A DNA stretch of 64,000 nucleotides from Haplodiscus bocki (lineage: Eukaryota): contig OZ296651.1 of the NCBI GenBank assembly GCA_965655095.1, positions 117,738,001-117,802,000 on the forward strand, given 5' to 3'. Under the pieces are notes generated by a model. That model saw only the letters and a program-made list of their open reading frames with translations, had not been told where the DNA came from and searched no databases. The translations under genes and the position numbers were made by a program. Positions within the stretch are counted from its first letter, which is position 1. Every line of letters starts with the position of its first letter. Below are positions 31,298-43,424 of this stretch, piece by piece.

Positions 31298-31314
31298 CCT
31301 CCACTGGGTGGTCA
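31298..31314 (+). repeat. 17-bp unit junction J4
   Basis: Exact CCTCCACTGGGTGGTCA. Confidence 0.95.
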
Positions 31315-32883
31315 GGGATGTAACCTTTTTAGAATCCGAGGCCGGGTAGGGTCCCGTTGCCGAGGTTAAATATTAGTCGATAAATTTTCATCTAGGTGCA
31401 CTAGGGGTCTGGGAAGCCGATCTCGGGTCCTACCCGATAGAATTTATTCATAATTTGCATGCGGTCCTCAAATGGCGAAGTGAGAAAGGGGAGGAGGGAA
31501 AAAACTTTTTCCATTCACAACGTGATGAGTTATGACGGAATGATCGTGTTTTTTGTCCCGATTTTGACTTCTCATCGCTTTAGTTCCACATCTACCCGAT
31601 ACAATTGGCCCAAATTTTGTGTGTGAGGCACAAATGATTTGAACAATTTGCATGCCAAAAATTTTTGGCCCAGCTTTTTTTGTTCGGGAGATAGGCGCTG
31701 ATGAATTTGTAAATTTTTGCAAAAAATGCGTCATTCCGTCATTTTTGATCGCCAAAACCAACTTTTTCTCGTATGCTAGCCTTCCCTAAGGATGCCAAAA
31801 CTGAACCGGCAATTGATTTCGGTTAACCAGAAATTTTCGATCGAAATGCCGAAAAAAAAATGACGGATATGACGGGAAAAAAATGACGGAAATGACGGAT
31901 ATTTTTGTGAGAAAAAAAAAATTTTCCCGGGAAAGGATCGCTTTGCGCGTAAAAAGCGCCTAAAAACGCTGGAATTGATCGTTTTGCGCGTAAAATGCGG
32001 CTAACAATGTTTCGCAGCTTCTACACAAGTGGTCGTTGACACTTTGACAGTATTTTGTCTCATATGACACAGTTTTTTCAGCTAAACTCAAATTTAATCT
32101 AGTTAGGCGTTACTTATGTAAGTTATATTTTATAATCCTACATTTTTTCTCATCAAGTATAATGGCATACATAAATTATATCTTGGATCAGGGCTCTTTG
32201 TTGGTTGTAGAATGCAATAGATGCTTCCATTACGTGTCATTCATTTTGAAAAATAAAAATAAAAGTTTTGGCAATAAGTTTTGCATTCCATTTCAATTGT
32301 TTGCCAGAAATTTTAAGTTTGTTATATTATTGTTCTGAGCATCTATGAGGTTCTTTCGTTTTCCTTGTTATGTTTTTTTGTAGAAATCAGCAGTGTTGGA
32401 ACTTTCCACGTTTGCATTACGAGAGTTGAACCTCTTTCATGCCTTGTAAGTTGGAGTGTGTTATGTAATTGTTAATTTTTTTGGTCAGTTTATGGTTGGC
32501 GTTCAACAAGCACCACTTTGGCATTCGACAAGGAATATTTTGAGAGTATACTTACTCAGCAGTTTGTTTTGTTTGGTGTACAACGCTAACAGTCCTCATT
32601 GTTTTGAATTTGAATCGTATTTAACTAATCATTTTTTCAAGTACTGCAAGTCTTGCTGAAATCACACAAGCATGGTATTTTCGGCATTAAAAACGAAAAG
32701 TCACTGAAGAGACAGTTAAAAATTCAACTGGTGAACTTCAAATATTCAATGCAGTGAATCTTTTGAATTCAAATGATCCAACTGTTTTTGAAGTTCCTTT
32801 CGATAGAAGATTTTTCTGTAACGCATGTGGCTGTTTCAAAGCCTTCATTGACTGAGTTTTATAGATGTAGGCGCCGCCACTGA

Positions 32884-33306
32884 GTGTTGATGGGTGTACA
32901 GAGTTTTGACGAATCTCATTTTCAGAAAATGGTTTACTCACTTTGTTTAACTTTGTTGATGATTTGGTCTTCTTTATGGACAGTTTTGGAAAAAGATGGA
33001 ATTGTTTATGTGAACAATGTCGGAGAAGTCTTCAGCTCAGACGTCACCGTTGGGGAATTTTGTGTCTCTTTGTGTCTTCAGGATCACTTGCAGTTTATGA
33101 GGATCGGCAATTCTGATGAGGTTTCGATGACTCGCAGAATGTTACTTTTGTTTCTGTTGAGAAGTGGTATAGAAACCAACCCTGGCCCGCCAAAAAAAAA
33201 AGAAATTGTGCAGAGAGCCCAGGAAATGCGTAACATGTGGGCGTTTTTATGGCAGCAAAGACTGCTCCTGTTTCCAATCATCCATGGTAAAAGCCTCAGT
33301 TGGTGA
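32884..33306 (+). CDS. Leader ORF with 2A-like motif, copy 2
   Basis: Same translation as 15791-16213; A10 run at 33192-33201. Confidence 0.65.
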   Translation: MLMGVQSFDESHFQKMVYSLCLTLLMIWSSLWTVLEKDGIVYVNNVGEVFSSDVTVGEFCVSLCLQDHLQFMRIGNSDEVSMTRRMLLLFLLRSGIETNPGPPKKKEIVQRAQEMRNMWAFLWQQRLLLFPIIHGKSLSW

Positions 33307-36300
33307 AGACTATTTTGATCGGTCGCTGTTTTCTGCGCCATTCAATACCATGAGTCTTTTCTCGAACGTGCCGAATTCAACAGCTTTTTCATGCACAATC
33401 GCTAATTTGACGAGAATTTGCATTGTGTTTGGAATACCGTTTGTGGCAAAACCATTGAACACACACTTGTTGGGTGCCAAATCTTTGAACAGTTTGCATC
33501 CATCACAAACTCATCCTGTTCCAGGTGACGGTAATTGTTTGTTCTCTGCTTTAGCGGTGTCAATTGGGTCACAATATTGGTATCATTCACAACTACGCCA
33601 GCGTATTTGTTTGGCTTTACCCTCCGTAGATATTGCTCCGCATTTTCTGGAAATTTACACAACCATTGATGGAAATGTTGTGGTAGAGACAGCTTCAAAC
33701 GTGAACGAATATTTGAATCGTTCCGGAATGAGATCGAATGGTGTGTATGGCACTTGTGTAGAGATCTATGCTTTCGCCCAAATTGCGGTGGCTGATGTTT
33801 ACGTTTACCATTGCATGACAAAATTGTGGATAGTTTATAGCTATGCCGGAGATCGTGCTTCAATGGACGTTCCATCTGTCTTCCTGGTACATACTCATAC
33901 AGGTAACCATTTTGAAACGGTAGCAGTGTTGTCGGCAGAAAATCCAAATTCACAGCAAAGTTTGCCTCATGGTTGCGTCCAGAGTTCATTCCCAGATACG
34001 GCATCACAATGCAATGTGATTTCCGCGTCATTTCATGCGAACACTTCTGATCCAAAAGGTAGTGCGTGTTCTGAATTTAAAGTTTTGCCTCATTTGTGCG
34101 ATGAAGGCCTCACATCACCCTCTGTTGGATTGGGCGGTATGCACAACGACCTTTTGTTGCCCAGCAACAGTTGTTTAAGCCTAGCGACAATTGAATGTGA
34201 AGAAAATGGTTCTAAGTGTGACCCGTTGAGCCCAGGTGTTTGCTTCAATGCCCTGCCTCAGGAGATTCAATCCACGCAATCCGCACACAATGGCACAGCC
34301 ACAATGATTATGAAGAAAGATAACGCCTGTCGTAATGAGGATGCCTCGAGTGACAATTGTGTTTTGACGTCCACTTTTTCAGCCGACAAAGCACAAAACA
34401 GAGAAATGTGCGGTAAATTTTGTCGAATTTCAACTCCTGCTTATCCTTTGCAATGGCAAACTCTTGAAAAAACAGCAATCAAACGAAGGAGATTTGGTTT
34501 GCGACCTACTGCTACCTGTCTGGTCTGCCAAAGTTGTTTCGATTACAATAATGGCGGAAATTGTTGGCGGTACGCTTGGCCTTCCGTGATTCATTCGTTA
34601 CTGAAGGATCTCAGCATTCGAGATTGTACTATGAAAAAATTTGTTTCTTTTTTACCTCCCGAAATACGCGACAGTTGGGCTATGTGTCAACATCTGCATC
34701 CTGCTGTTTCTATGGGTGATCCATCTGTTCTAGTTGATATAACAAAACGGAAGGAAGTTTTTCTGGACAAAATAAATTCGGGTAATTTCACTGATTTGGA
34801 GGAAGCCTTAGATAATGAATGTTATCCAAATTGTAGATGTCCCTTCGGTTGTTTCACATTTGTTGAAGAAACAGGTCGAATCGGTTTCAACCACCTTGTA
34901 AATGGGATTTTGCCTTCATTCACATCGTTCAGCTCTGATTACTTGTACCATTTGCGAGGTGCAAGAGACGATTGGTTGAAACCAATGAAAGTTTTGGATG
35001 CGTTTGATGTTTCCGGCTTTGTCAGTGTTAATGGGGCATATGGCCTTGTTATCGGAACTTGTGTGCAGCATAACAATGGGTCTCACCTGCAGTATCTTCA
35101 CCCGCCTGCACACCCGTCTCTGGGACGTCTCAGTGTTCCTACCAACGACAGATTAGCATTTGTTGCTCCAAATTTGCGTATTTTGAAGAATGTCAAAGCG
35201 AATTACGCTAGTCACACTTTCCAGTTGCTGAAAGCTGTCGGTAATTATTCAGGCATTAGTAGCATTCGCTTGAGCTCTCAACGCCGTTGGGATATTACTT
35301 CGGATCTGTTAGTGAAGGCGGAATCTCAATGTAGTTTTTACCGAAGCGATATTCAATATTTTTTGAATAGCTTAGTGTCTTCTGGCGAAACAACTGATGA
35401 AATCCGACAAGGCATTCAAAGTAAACCGAACATTGAACAGTCGGCTGCTTCTCTTTCCGCATCAACAAGTGTGTCTATAACGGATACGTATCGTTTATTC
35501 AGTTCTCCTGGATTGACTGATGGACAACGCTTATGCGCAAAATTCAAGTCTGTGACGTTCGCTCAGCCTCCGAATTCGTTTGGTTCCTCTCCTCCAAAAA
35601 TTTTGAGCTGCAAGACTCACTTTTTGTCGTTGTTGCAAACTTTATTTTGCATCTCTCCTCAACTGTGTCGATCCATATCTGATTCAGCTGGTGTTGATAA
35701 TGCGATTTTTCCTTTGCTGCAATTTTTGGACCCTGTAATTTTTCCAAGGTTCCGTCGCTGCACAAGAAAAACTGTGGATGCGTCTATGAGTGATGGATTG
35801 TCGAAGTTGTTTACAAGATTTCCGGAAAGTCCATCTCGTTGTCTCAGTTTCGGTGTGTCACAATTTTGTGATGATGTCATCCATGAAAACGTGGCAAGCC
35901 GTCAAGATATTTGGCATTTTTTGGAAGCTCAAGAATTTGAAGGTGTAAATGTCATACTTTTTTCATACGCGGGAGTAAATACTTTGCGTTCTAAATTCAA
36001 AGCTCCTCTGAACTTCCAAACTGCTCAGTCCGTTTTCGAGTTGAAATTTATTGCTACTGAAGGTTTAGCGACTCGTAATAACATTCTTTTGAGGCATGGT
36101 GGTGTCTTTCAAAGTTTTTGGGTGTATAAAAGCAAAAGTATTTTTCCTGAACAGGTGAGGCTGCCTTGTGATAGAGCGGTTGATCATTTTATTAATGACT
36201 ATTGGAATATCTGTGTTTACTATCGACAGACCTTTGCCGATATTAGTGAGTTGCGGTCGAAATATTTTGAAACACTGGCAGGTCAAGGAAAATTCTTTTG

Positions 36301-39300
36301 TAAAAAGCATTCTCTGTTACTCACCCGTGATTTTCCTTCAAGTGGTTTCAAATGCTCATGTGGTAGAAGTTCTTTTTTACGTTGTCCAGTGTCTGGTTGT
36401 TTGGCAAGTGTTTGCAGGATGCATTCTGAAGATGAAAGTCAGGAAAAGCACTTTGTTTTTGATGGTAAAAAAAGGATCTTTGGTGAGTCCACAAAAAACT
36501 CAGCGTGCGGCTCAAGTCAGTTAGATGATTGTAGCTATAGCCGTGTTTCTGTCGATTCAGAGAATCGGTCCACATCGCCTACCAACACTGTCGCGTCCTC
36601 GGAATTTGTTACCAACCCTGGCCTTTTAGAGGAAGATTCTGAGGGATCGCATGTTTCGCTGCCTGTTACAACTGCTGCTGGAGATTCAACTGTTGTTTTG
36701 GAACGTGATTTCCGAATAGACAGCACTGATTTTCAGCTCCCACTACATGTTTTATTGAATGGTCAATGCGGTTTACTGAAAAGGAGTAAAGGGTCTCCGT
36801 TGTATGTTGCAGCTAGACATAAGAGATTTCTGGAGAATATCACTGCAACGTCGCCCCCTAATTCTGTCCCTTTGCTTCAGCCGGAAGCCATGTTGTTTCC
36901 GTCCATCTTTTGGCACCAAAATACAGACGGCAGTTATTCGGGTGCAATACCGTCTCCTTTGTATAATGATCACAAACAAAACGAATTGCTCGGCTTCGCT
37001 AGCTTAGAACAACATTTACAAACGCGCTTGAAAGATTCGTCTCTGTTGACGTCAACGGATCCTCGTTACGTCCAATACGTATTTGACACAATATTTAACC
37101 TACAGCTGCGTGTCAATGACACGAGAATAGTATTGAACAGAGGTTGGAGTGAAGCCGCTCGGCAACGAAAAAATGTACATGCCATGCGAGAAGGGGCAAT
37201 TTTTTTTGATCAATGCGATTCTCGGAAGAATGTCAATGAATTGGGAGCAGCTTTGAAAGAACGACCAGCTACATATTTTTTCACTTACACTTGTGGGCAG
37301 TCAACGCATCCTGGCTTGAGGAAGATTTTTAGTGCGTTGGACGCAAAGTTTCCGAAAGACGTCTGTAAAGAGGAGGACCGAAAATCAGCGATTCAATCTG
37401 AAATGGTCACCATGTTGAGAGCGTGGGAACGAGCTTCTCGTCTTGTCATGAAGTACATTGAAACGTCACCCGAGCAGCCATTGGGAAAGGTTAATAAGAT
37501 TTGGTATCGGTATGAGTTTCAAGATGAAGCTTGTGGGTTCCCTCATGTACATGCTTTGATTTGGACGGCAGAAGATTGCTTTAGTGAAGCAGTAAGGTCT
37601 AGAATTTGTTGCTCGGCAACAACGTTTCTGGGGAATTTATTGACTGAAGTTGGTTCGCACAATTATAGTTTGGATGAGTTGAACGAGTTACGAGATCTGT
37701 TCAACCGTTACCAATCACACAGCTGTTTTAAAGCTAAATTTCGTTGTCAGAAAAAAACTGACAAATTGAAAAGAAAAACGTGCCGCGTGCCCAAATACCC
37801 TCCTTCTGCTAATTTTACCTACAAATGTATTCACAAAGAACTGTCTGAGGAAACGATAGCAGTTTTGAAGAACATCGGATTAGCTGAGTCGAGTGACTTT
37901 GATTGTTCTGTCACCATTGATCAGCGCCTTTGTGGTGGCAAGCATCATTATCCAACAGAAAGTAACACGCACACTTCTCCAACAAACGCCAAAATTTTTG
38001 CCCTCGTCCGATCTAGCACCAATCTACAAATTTGCGACATTTACATGAGTAGCCGTTATCTGTCAAAATATGTTGCAGGCGTGGAGGAACGCGCCGAAGT
38101 TTCTATTTCTACGTCAAGTGCAACAGATTTGTATGACTTCCATGTTGATCAACAAGTGAACAACAAAATCGCTGGGGTATACTTGACCAATATGAGCAAG
38201 GAGGAAAAGCCAAAGAAAAAGTGTTTGAACTCTCGCATTTTGAGTTTAACGGAATCCGTGTGGTGGTCATTGCGATTTCCTTACGTGGTGACCAATATAC
38301 AATTCATTCATGTTGTCACTGCCCCGCGAGAGAAACGGGCTGGAATAGTCATTGAACCGAAATGCAGGCTTTCTAGTAGCAATCAGGGTCCTCTTTTTGG
38401 GCGCCAGAGTTCCATTAGACACAGCAAGGACTTTCCTCCTCACCGTTGCTTCACGGTTAATCAGAAGCTGCTGATAATTGATGCAGAAAAAAGTTCTCTT
38501 TCTCCAGACAAGATAACAGTTTTTGGTGTACGACCCCCTGAACTAACTTTTGTGCTCAAAGTGGAAAACTATTTTACTTGGTTCTGCCGCTTCCGAAAGC
38601 CCTCAAAGTTGACACCAGAAAGTTTACTAAAGAGAAATGTAACCAAATCATATTGGGTGGATGGCCTCGGCTATTGCATATACCTTAATGCTTTGTACAA
38701 AGAAGCTTTTTTCAACTACTGTCGCAACTTTTCTAGTGGGGTCCGTCGTTTCTCCAGGCAATGTCATGAAGCCATTGCATGTACAACGAGCAGTTCAAGT
38801 CACAAGTTCATTTATGACAAAAAGGTTTGTCAAACTCAAGTAGTTTTATCGAACGTTGTTCCGAGGAACACAACCAATTTTTTGACCCACATTCTGTTGT
38901 CTCTTGGAGAATACGTAACCGAACTTGACATTTTTTCTCAATCGAATATGAAATCTGCGTTCTTTGAGGCTTCTTTAGCGAGGTCTCATTTGGGATGCGA
39001 AGATTCCGAAGTTATTGATGTTGTTCGGCGCTTTGTGCTTGAACAATTACGCTATTATCCAGGATCATCTACTTTACTAGATCGATTTGTTACGAGTGCC
39101 TATTTGTGCATCCAGCAAGCAGCACAAAATAATTCGGTCGTTTTTCCGTGCTCAACACCGCGCGTCTTAGAACAGAGTATTGTGCAGCAGAGTGACAGCA
39201 ATATTTCACACGAATTAAATGCGCAGAAAGAGAGTCTTCTGTGTGCCATTGCCAATGGGGGTTATGTTGGTTTACCAACGTATGCAGAATTGATGAACGC

Positions 39301-41227
39301 CACCTTAGCACGTCCTTTTACTTGGAGCCAGAAGATACATAAAGCGCGCAACCAGACTGACGAATCATTGCATGATCAACAGAATATTTTGGATTACGTT
39401 TGTTCTTTGTACGATAATTATTGTTCTTGTACGACTGCCTTTATTAAACATCAGTTCATAGTTGGTCCACCAGGTACAGGAAAGAGCCATGTGTTGATCC
39501 ATTGTGTGATCGCGGCTCTAGCTAGGGGATTGAGATGCGTCATAACTAGTGTCGCTGCGGAGAGAGCTTCACTTTTCGGCGGAAGACACATAAACGCTTT
39601 AATCCCTTTCCCTGTCGTTCAAAATGGAACGGTGACTCATCTAGTTTCGCATGCATTGAACACTCTTGCCCGAGATCCTGTAAAATTTACTTTTTTGGAG
39701 AGGTTGGATGTTTTATTTGTCGAGGAAGTCTCAATGATTTCAGCTGAACTTTGGTCCGCAATGGACAATGTGTTGCAAGCCGTGTCTGAAAACAATCTTC
39801 CCTTTGGAGGAAAGATTGTTATTTGCACAGGTGATTTTCGTCAACTTCCGCCTCCTACGGGAACGTTCCTTTTGCTGAGCAACTCGGTGTTAGCTAATTT
39901 CGAGGTTCGGTATTTGAAGCACTATGTGAGGATGCAGAACCAGCAAGGAAAGAGACTTCTGGATTTGCTGTCTGAATATCCTGTGACAGAAGCATGTATT
40001 AAGGAGTGTTGTGAGATCATTGACAAGTTCTGTATTTTTGTAAGCACGTGGACGGAAGTCCCTCTGGATATTTTGAGAGTGTTCAGTACGCGAGTTGCGG
40101 AAAAAGAGGCCGTGGAAGAGAGAATATCGTTTGTGACAACACATCAAAACATACAGAGTGTGTCTTTCCATTGCAAGGATGAAATGTCAAATACAGGAAC
40201 CCAGAATTGGGTTACCGCAACAGCACCCGTCAGCAAGTTCCTCAACCGAAGTTGCCTTGAGCCAGAGTCTTTGTTTATACATGTTGGGTGTGTATTGCGC
40301 TTAACTTGCAATTTGCCATCGCTGAAACTGTTCCAGGGACAATTGTGTTTAGTTGAATCGTTCGATGAAAATGATCCTCATATTGTTGTGAGAGTTGCAC
40401 CAGCCGGAGTAAGGTCTGTGTCATCTAACAACCCGGACGTTAATTCCTGGAGACTTGTAGTTGTTCGTAAAAGAATTGGCGTTCTCCATAAGTATAGCAA
40501 TTCTATCGTTTGCAGACGTGTTCAGTTTCCTTTGAAAATGTATGTGGCGTCAACGGTTCACAAAATAATGGGTGACACTGTTCCAAGCTTGGCAACACAG
40601 ATTGTTGGTGGTAAAAAATTTTCCTACTGGCTGAAAGAGCAGCTTTATGTAGTTGTTAGTCGGGTCACTGATCTTTCCCATATAACGTTTGTCGGTGACA
40701 AGCAGCGTACACTTGATGCAATTAATCTTCTTTGCCGCAAAGATAGCCATTTGGTACCTTTGATAGATAACTTTTTGTCGTCTCGTGGCAGTTGTAATTC
40801 CGGTGTTTCAGCGATCCAGACATTTTATCCCTTTCCCTTACGTGTTTTTGATGTACCCCTTTCGGCAATTGGTTACTGTTATTTGTTGGTGAGCGTTAAA
40901 CGCAGGGAACTTTTTTACATTGGAAGCTGTAAGACGTTGCGGCGACGATTGCAGGAGCATAATTCGGGAAATGGGAGCGCATTTACAAAGCCTGTTGAAA
41001 GAAGACCCTGGGCTTTAGTTGCTTACGTGACGGGGTTTTCCAACGCTGTTTCCCGAAGCCGTTACTCTTTCGAACAGGATTGGCAAAGAGCAATGGTTAA
41101 TCACAAATATTCGAATGTGATGCTAACGCTTGCAGATTACTTGTCAGAATGCCATGTTCTTATGGATTTGTATAAAGTTACAGGTATCGAAACAGCCCTG
41201 GAATGTGATTGCATGCAGAATTTTTAG
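33206..41227 (+). CDS. RepHel polyprotein (OTU/Rep/PIF1/GIY-YIG), 2673 aa, copy 2
   Basis: Same motifs as 16113-24134; about 9 amino-acid differences counted by eye, including CGKC->CGKF. Confidence 0.95.
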   Translation: MCREPRKCVTCGRFYGSKDCSCFQSSMVKASVGEDYFDRSLFSAPFNTMSLFSNVPNSTAFSCTIANLTRICIVFGIPFVAKPLNTHLLGAKSLNSLHPSQTHPVPGDGNCLFSALAVSIGSQYWYHSQLRQRICLALPSVDIAPHFLEIYTTIDGNVVVETASNVNEYLNRSGMRSNGVYGTCVEIYAFAQIAVADVYVYHCMTKLWIVYSYAGDRASMDVPSVFLVHTHTGNHFETVAVLSAENPNSQQSLPHGCVQSSFPDTASQCNVISASFHANTSDPKGSACSEFKVLPHLCDEGLTSPSVGLGGMHNDLLLPSNSCLSLATIECEENGSKCDPLSPGVCFNALPQEIQSTQSAHNGTATMIMKKDNACRNEDASSDNCVLTSTFSADKAQNREMCGKFCRISTPAYPLQWQTLEKTAIKRRRFGLRPTATCLVCQSCFDYNNGGNCWRYAWPSVIHSLLKDLSIRDCTMKKFVSFLPPEIRDSWAMCQHLHPAVSMGDPSVLVDITKRKEVFLDKINSGNFTDLEEALDNECYPNCRCPFGCFTFVEETGRIGFNHLVNGILPSFTSFSSDYLYHLRGARDDWLKPMKVLDAFDVSGFVSVNGAYGLVIGTCVQHNNGSHLQYLHPPAHPSLGRLSVPTNDRLAFVAPNLRILKNVKANYASHTFQLLKAVGNYSGISSIRLSSQRRWDITSDLLVKAESQCSFYRSDIQYFLNSLVSSGETTDEIRQGIQSKPNIEQSAASLSASTSVSITDTYRLFSSPGLTDGQRLCAKFKSVTFAQPPNSFGSSPPKILSCKTHFLSLLQTLFCISPQLCRSISDSAGVDNAIFPLLQFLDPVIFPRFRRCTRKTVDASMSDGLSKLFTRFPESPSRCLSFGVSQFCDDVIHENVASRQDIWHFLEAQEFEGVNVILFSYAGVNTLRSKFKAPLNFQTAQSVFELKFIATEGLATRNNILLRHGGVFQSFWVYKSKSIFPEQVRLPCDRAVDHFINDYWNICVYYRQTFADISELRSKYFETLAGQGKFFCKKHSLLLTRDFPSSGFKCSCGRSSFLRCPVSGCLASVCRMHSEDESQEKHFVFDGKKRIFGESTKNSACGSSQLDDCSYSRVSVDSENRSTSPTNTVASSEFVTNPGLLEEDSEGSHVSLPVTTAAGDSTVVLERDFRIDSTDFQLPLHVLLNGQCGLLKRSKGSPLYVAARHKRFLENITATSPPNSVPLLQPEAMLFPSIFWHQNTDGSYSGAIPSPLYNDHKQNELLGFASLEQHLQTRLKDSSLLTSTDPRYVQYVFDTIFNLQLRVNDTRIVLNRGWSEAARQRKNVHAMREGAIFFDQCDSRKNVNELGAALKERPATYFFTYTCGQSTHPGLRKIFSALDAKFPKDVCKEEDRKSAIQSEMVTMLRAWERASRLVMKYIETSPEQPLGKVNKIWYRYEFQDEACGFPHVHALIWTAEDCFSEAVRSRICCSATTFLGNLLTEVGSHNYSLDELNELRDLFNRYQSHSCFKAKFRCQKKTDKLKRKTCRVPKYPPSANFTYKCIHKELSEETIAVLKNIGLAESSDFDCSVTIDQRLCGGKHHYPTESNTHTSPTNAKIFALVRSSTNLQICDIYMSSRYLSKYVAGVEERAEVSISTSSATDLYDFHVDQQVNNKIAGVYLTNMSKEEKPKKKCLNSRILSLTESVWWSLRFPYVVTNIQFIHVVTAPREKRAGIVIEPKCRLSSSNQGPLFGRQSSIRHSKDFPPHRCFTVNQKLLIIDAEKSSLSPDKITVFGVRPPELTFVLKVENYFTWFCRFRKPSKLTPESLLKRNVTKSYWVDGLGYCIYLNALYKEAFFNYCRNFSSGVRRFSRQCHEAIACTTSSSSHKFIYDKKVCQTQVVLSNVVPRNTTNFLTHILLSLGEYVTELDIFSQSNMKSAFFEASLARSHLGCEDSEVIDVVRRFVLEQLRYYPGSSTLLDRFVTSAYLCIQQAAQNNSVVFPCSTPRVLEQSIVQQSDSNISHELNAQKESLLCAIANGGYVGLPTYAELMNATLARPFTWSQKIHKARNQTDESLHDQQNILDYVCSLYDNYCSCTTAFIKHQFIVGPPGTGKSHVLIHCVIAALARGLRCVITSVAAERASLFGGRHINALIPFPVVQNGTVTHLVSHALNTLARDPVKFTFLERLDVLFVEEVSMISAELWSAMDNVLQAVSENNLPFGGKIVICTGDFRQLPPPTGTFLLLSNSVLANFEVRYLKHYVRMQNQQGKRLLDLLSEYPVTEACIKECCEIIDKFCIFVSTWTEVPLDILRVFSTRVAEKEAVEERISFVTTHQNIQSVSFHCKDEMSNTGTQNWVTATAPVSKFLNRSCLEPESLFIHVGCVLRLTCNLPSLKLFQGQLCLVESFDENDPHIVVRVAPAGVRSVSSNNPDVNSWRLVVVRKRIGVLHKYSNSIVCRRVQFPLKMYVASTVHKIMGDTVPSLATQIVGGKKFSYWLKEQLYVVVSRVTDLSHITFVGDKQRTLDAINLLCRKDSHLVPLIDNFLSSRGSCNSGVSAIQTFYPFPLRVFDVPLSAIGYCYLLVSVKRRELFYIGSCKTLRRRLQEHNSGNGSAFTKPVERRPWALVAYVTGFSNAVSRSRYSFEQDWQRAMVNHKYSNVMLTLADYLSECHVLMDLYKVTGIETALECDCMQNF

Positions 41228-42568
41228 TGTTTATTTGATTGTTCATATGTAATTGTCTACAACGATTTAGACTTTTGTAAAACTGCCATCGAGAAAACCG
41301 ATTGTATTTCAAAAGTATTCCTGAACATTGGTTTGTCCGAAACCAACTTTTCAGCAAATAATTTTTGTAGCCAATCATGTTGATTGATTTGATTCTTTGC
41401 CATTGTTTGCTGTTGGTTTTGAGCCAACCTTTGAAAAAGAGGATGTGTTGTAATAGTTGGAAGATTAATTTTGTAACGGGATGTCGTTTTCATTTTTATC
41501 ACCTTTTCGTTGGACTCACTGAGTAACTTTGTTTAGATTCGTGATCGAACTTTTATGCTATGATACTTTATGGAATAACGTACACAATTATATCACACGG
41601 TAATTGAAAGAATCATACAATCCTTTTCCGCCATAATTTGTTTTGACATGTGTCTGTAATTACACTGAAGGAGCTGTTTTGATGTTTTTGGGAGATTGTT
41701 TCCAATATTTCAGACGCTATAGGGGTTTAACTTTTTGTTCGGTAATCAGTGCAGAAATTTATTGAAAAAATTGTCAACTGCAAGAGAATGTGACGGGGTT
41801 TCTACAATGTGACATTGCTGTTTATGTTTTGTGATTGTATCACTGACTGTGAGCTGTTTTAGATGTTAATTCTGACTCATATAATGATTTATTTTTTTTA
41901 TAGCTGACGGAGGCAATTTAGCTTTCATGTTTCGTTTTGCTGGTTGCTCAGCAACCGCCGACGCAAGTTCTCAATTAGAATGTTGTTTGTTAGATGAACG
42001 TATATGAGTTGGTTGTCCAGCAACCCATGTTCTACAAACTGGCCTGGAAACATAAAGAGATAGCAGCGGAGTTCATTTGTAGCGCGGCACCTTTCAAATC
42101 CATTCCATATTCCTTGTTACGGAAGATGTGAACACTTTTTCTTTCAAGTCATTAAACGCTCTATCATTTGTTTTATGAGAAGCTTTTTTATTATCGTTAC
42201 TTTTGTGAATTGAAGTGTTTCACCACTATGTACTTCTTTGCAGCGATTAAAGAGGGGCTCTTATTTCGTGCATATCGAGTTGTTTGAGTGAGATTTTCAT
42301 TCTTCGGGTATGTGGCTATTGTATTTTTTATAAAATTTCCTTTCCTCAAAGAACATTTCTGATTTTTGACCGTATTGACGACTCTGTAGCTGTGTGACCG
42401 TTGTGAATTTTTGTTTGACTTCGTTTTTGTTCTAATAAGCAAATGACATGAATGAAAGGAGATTCTGGAGTTTGAGTAGGTTTTTCTAATTGCAAAGTAA
42501 ACAATATAAAGTATGTTTCGTTCGTTTGTTTGTTTTCATAATACATTGTCTTTCGGTTTCCGGTTGTT

Positions 42569-43222
42569 ATGTCTGAATATTTTGTTTTGGCGGCCTCTTC
42601 CCTTTATTGGGCAGCTCAGGAGAAACCTTACCTCTTTGATCCTTTCAAGTCACAATTTTGTGCAATTTCTGGTGCTTCGCTAAATAACTACCAACCAGAA
42701 AAAAACATTTGTTATCTTCTTCAATCGAATTCCTGCAACACTAATGGAAGAAAGGTTATCATTTGGCATGATGCTGTCAATAACTCTTTGTCAAGCAAGA
42801 AGAATCCGGCAATGAGTCCTGAGGCTTTTTTCAGTAAACTGGCGTACTTGAGAAAATTCAATGTCGTGGCTTTTTCCTACTTACCACGATCAGGAGCGCA
42901 TAATTTAAACGAGCTCTTGGAAAATTGTCCAACAGGAATTATTTTTTTGAAAATGAAATCGATTCTATCAAAACGGTACAAACTTTTACTTGATGAAAGT
43001 AACGATCTGCACCTGAATAGCTTGTTAGAGAATCATATGCTATCCAGAACACTGTTGAACAATGGTTTGCAGGATTTGACTTTGCGTCGGTGCCGCAATA
43101 GACGCAATAATCTCCGAAACAAAGTTAGTGTTTTAGTTTTTGGTTTCTGTTTTATTGACAATTTCGAAGATAAGCAGCAACATATTTTTGCCACAATTTT
43201 TGAAAGAAAACCGGAACGTTAG
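42569..43222 (+). CDS. Divergent SGNH-hydrolase-like protein, copy 2
   Basis: Same translation as 25476-26129. Confidence 0.6.
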   Translation: MSEYFVLAASSLYWAAQEKPYLFDPFKSQFCAISGASLNNYQPEKNICYLLQSNSCNTNGRKVIIWHDAVNNSLSSKKNPAMSPEAFFSKLAYLRKFNVVAFSYLPRSGAHNLNELLENCPTGIIFLKMKSILSKRYKLLLDESNDLHLNSLLENHMLSRTLLNNGLQDLTLRRCRNRRNNLRNKVSVLVFGFCFIDNFEDKQQHIFATIFERKPER

Positions 43223-43384
43223 TGATTACACGGTTGATGCATTTAACATCCGAACCAAGTGAGTAGATACAAATTTCGTGCATAACATATTCACTTTACT
43301 CAGTGTCAATAGTTTAAAGTTTTTGGTAACCAAATCCGGAGTTGGAAGAGTTAACTGGAGAGTTTTTTATGCTTCAATAACAGC

Positions 43385-43424
43385 ACTTGCTTGTTTTCAC
43401 GATTCATCGTGAAAACAAGCAAGT
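43385..43424. repeat. Perfect 19-bp inverted repeat, copy 2
   Basis: Identical to 26292-26331. Confidence 0.9.
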
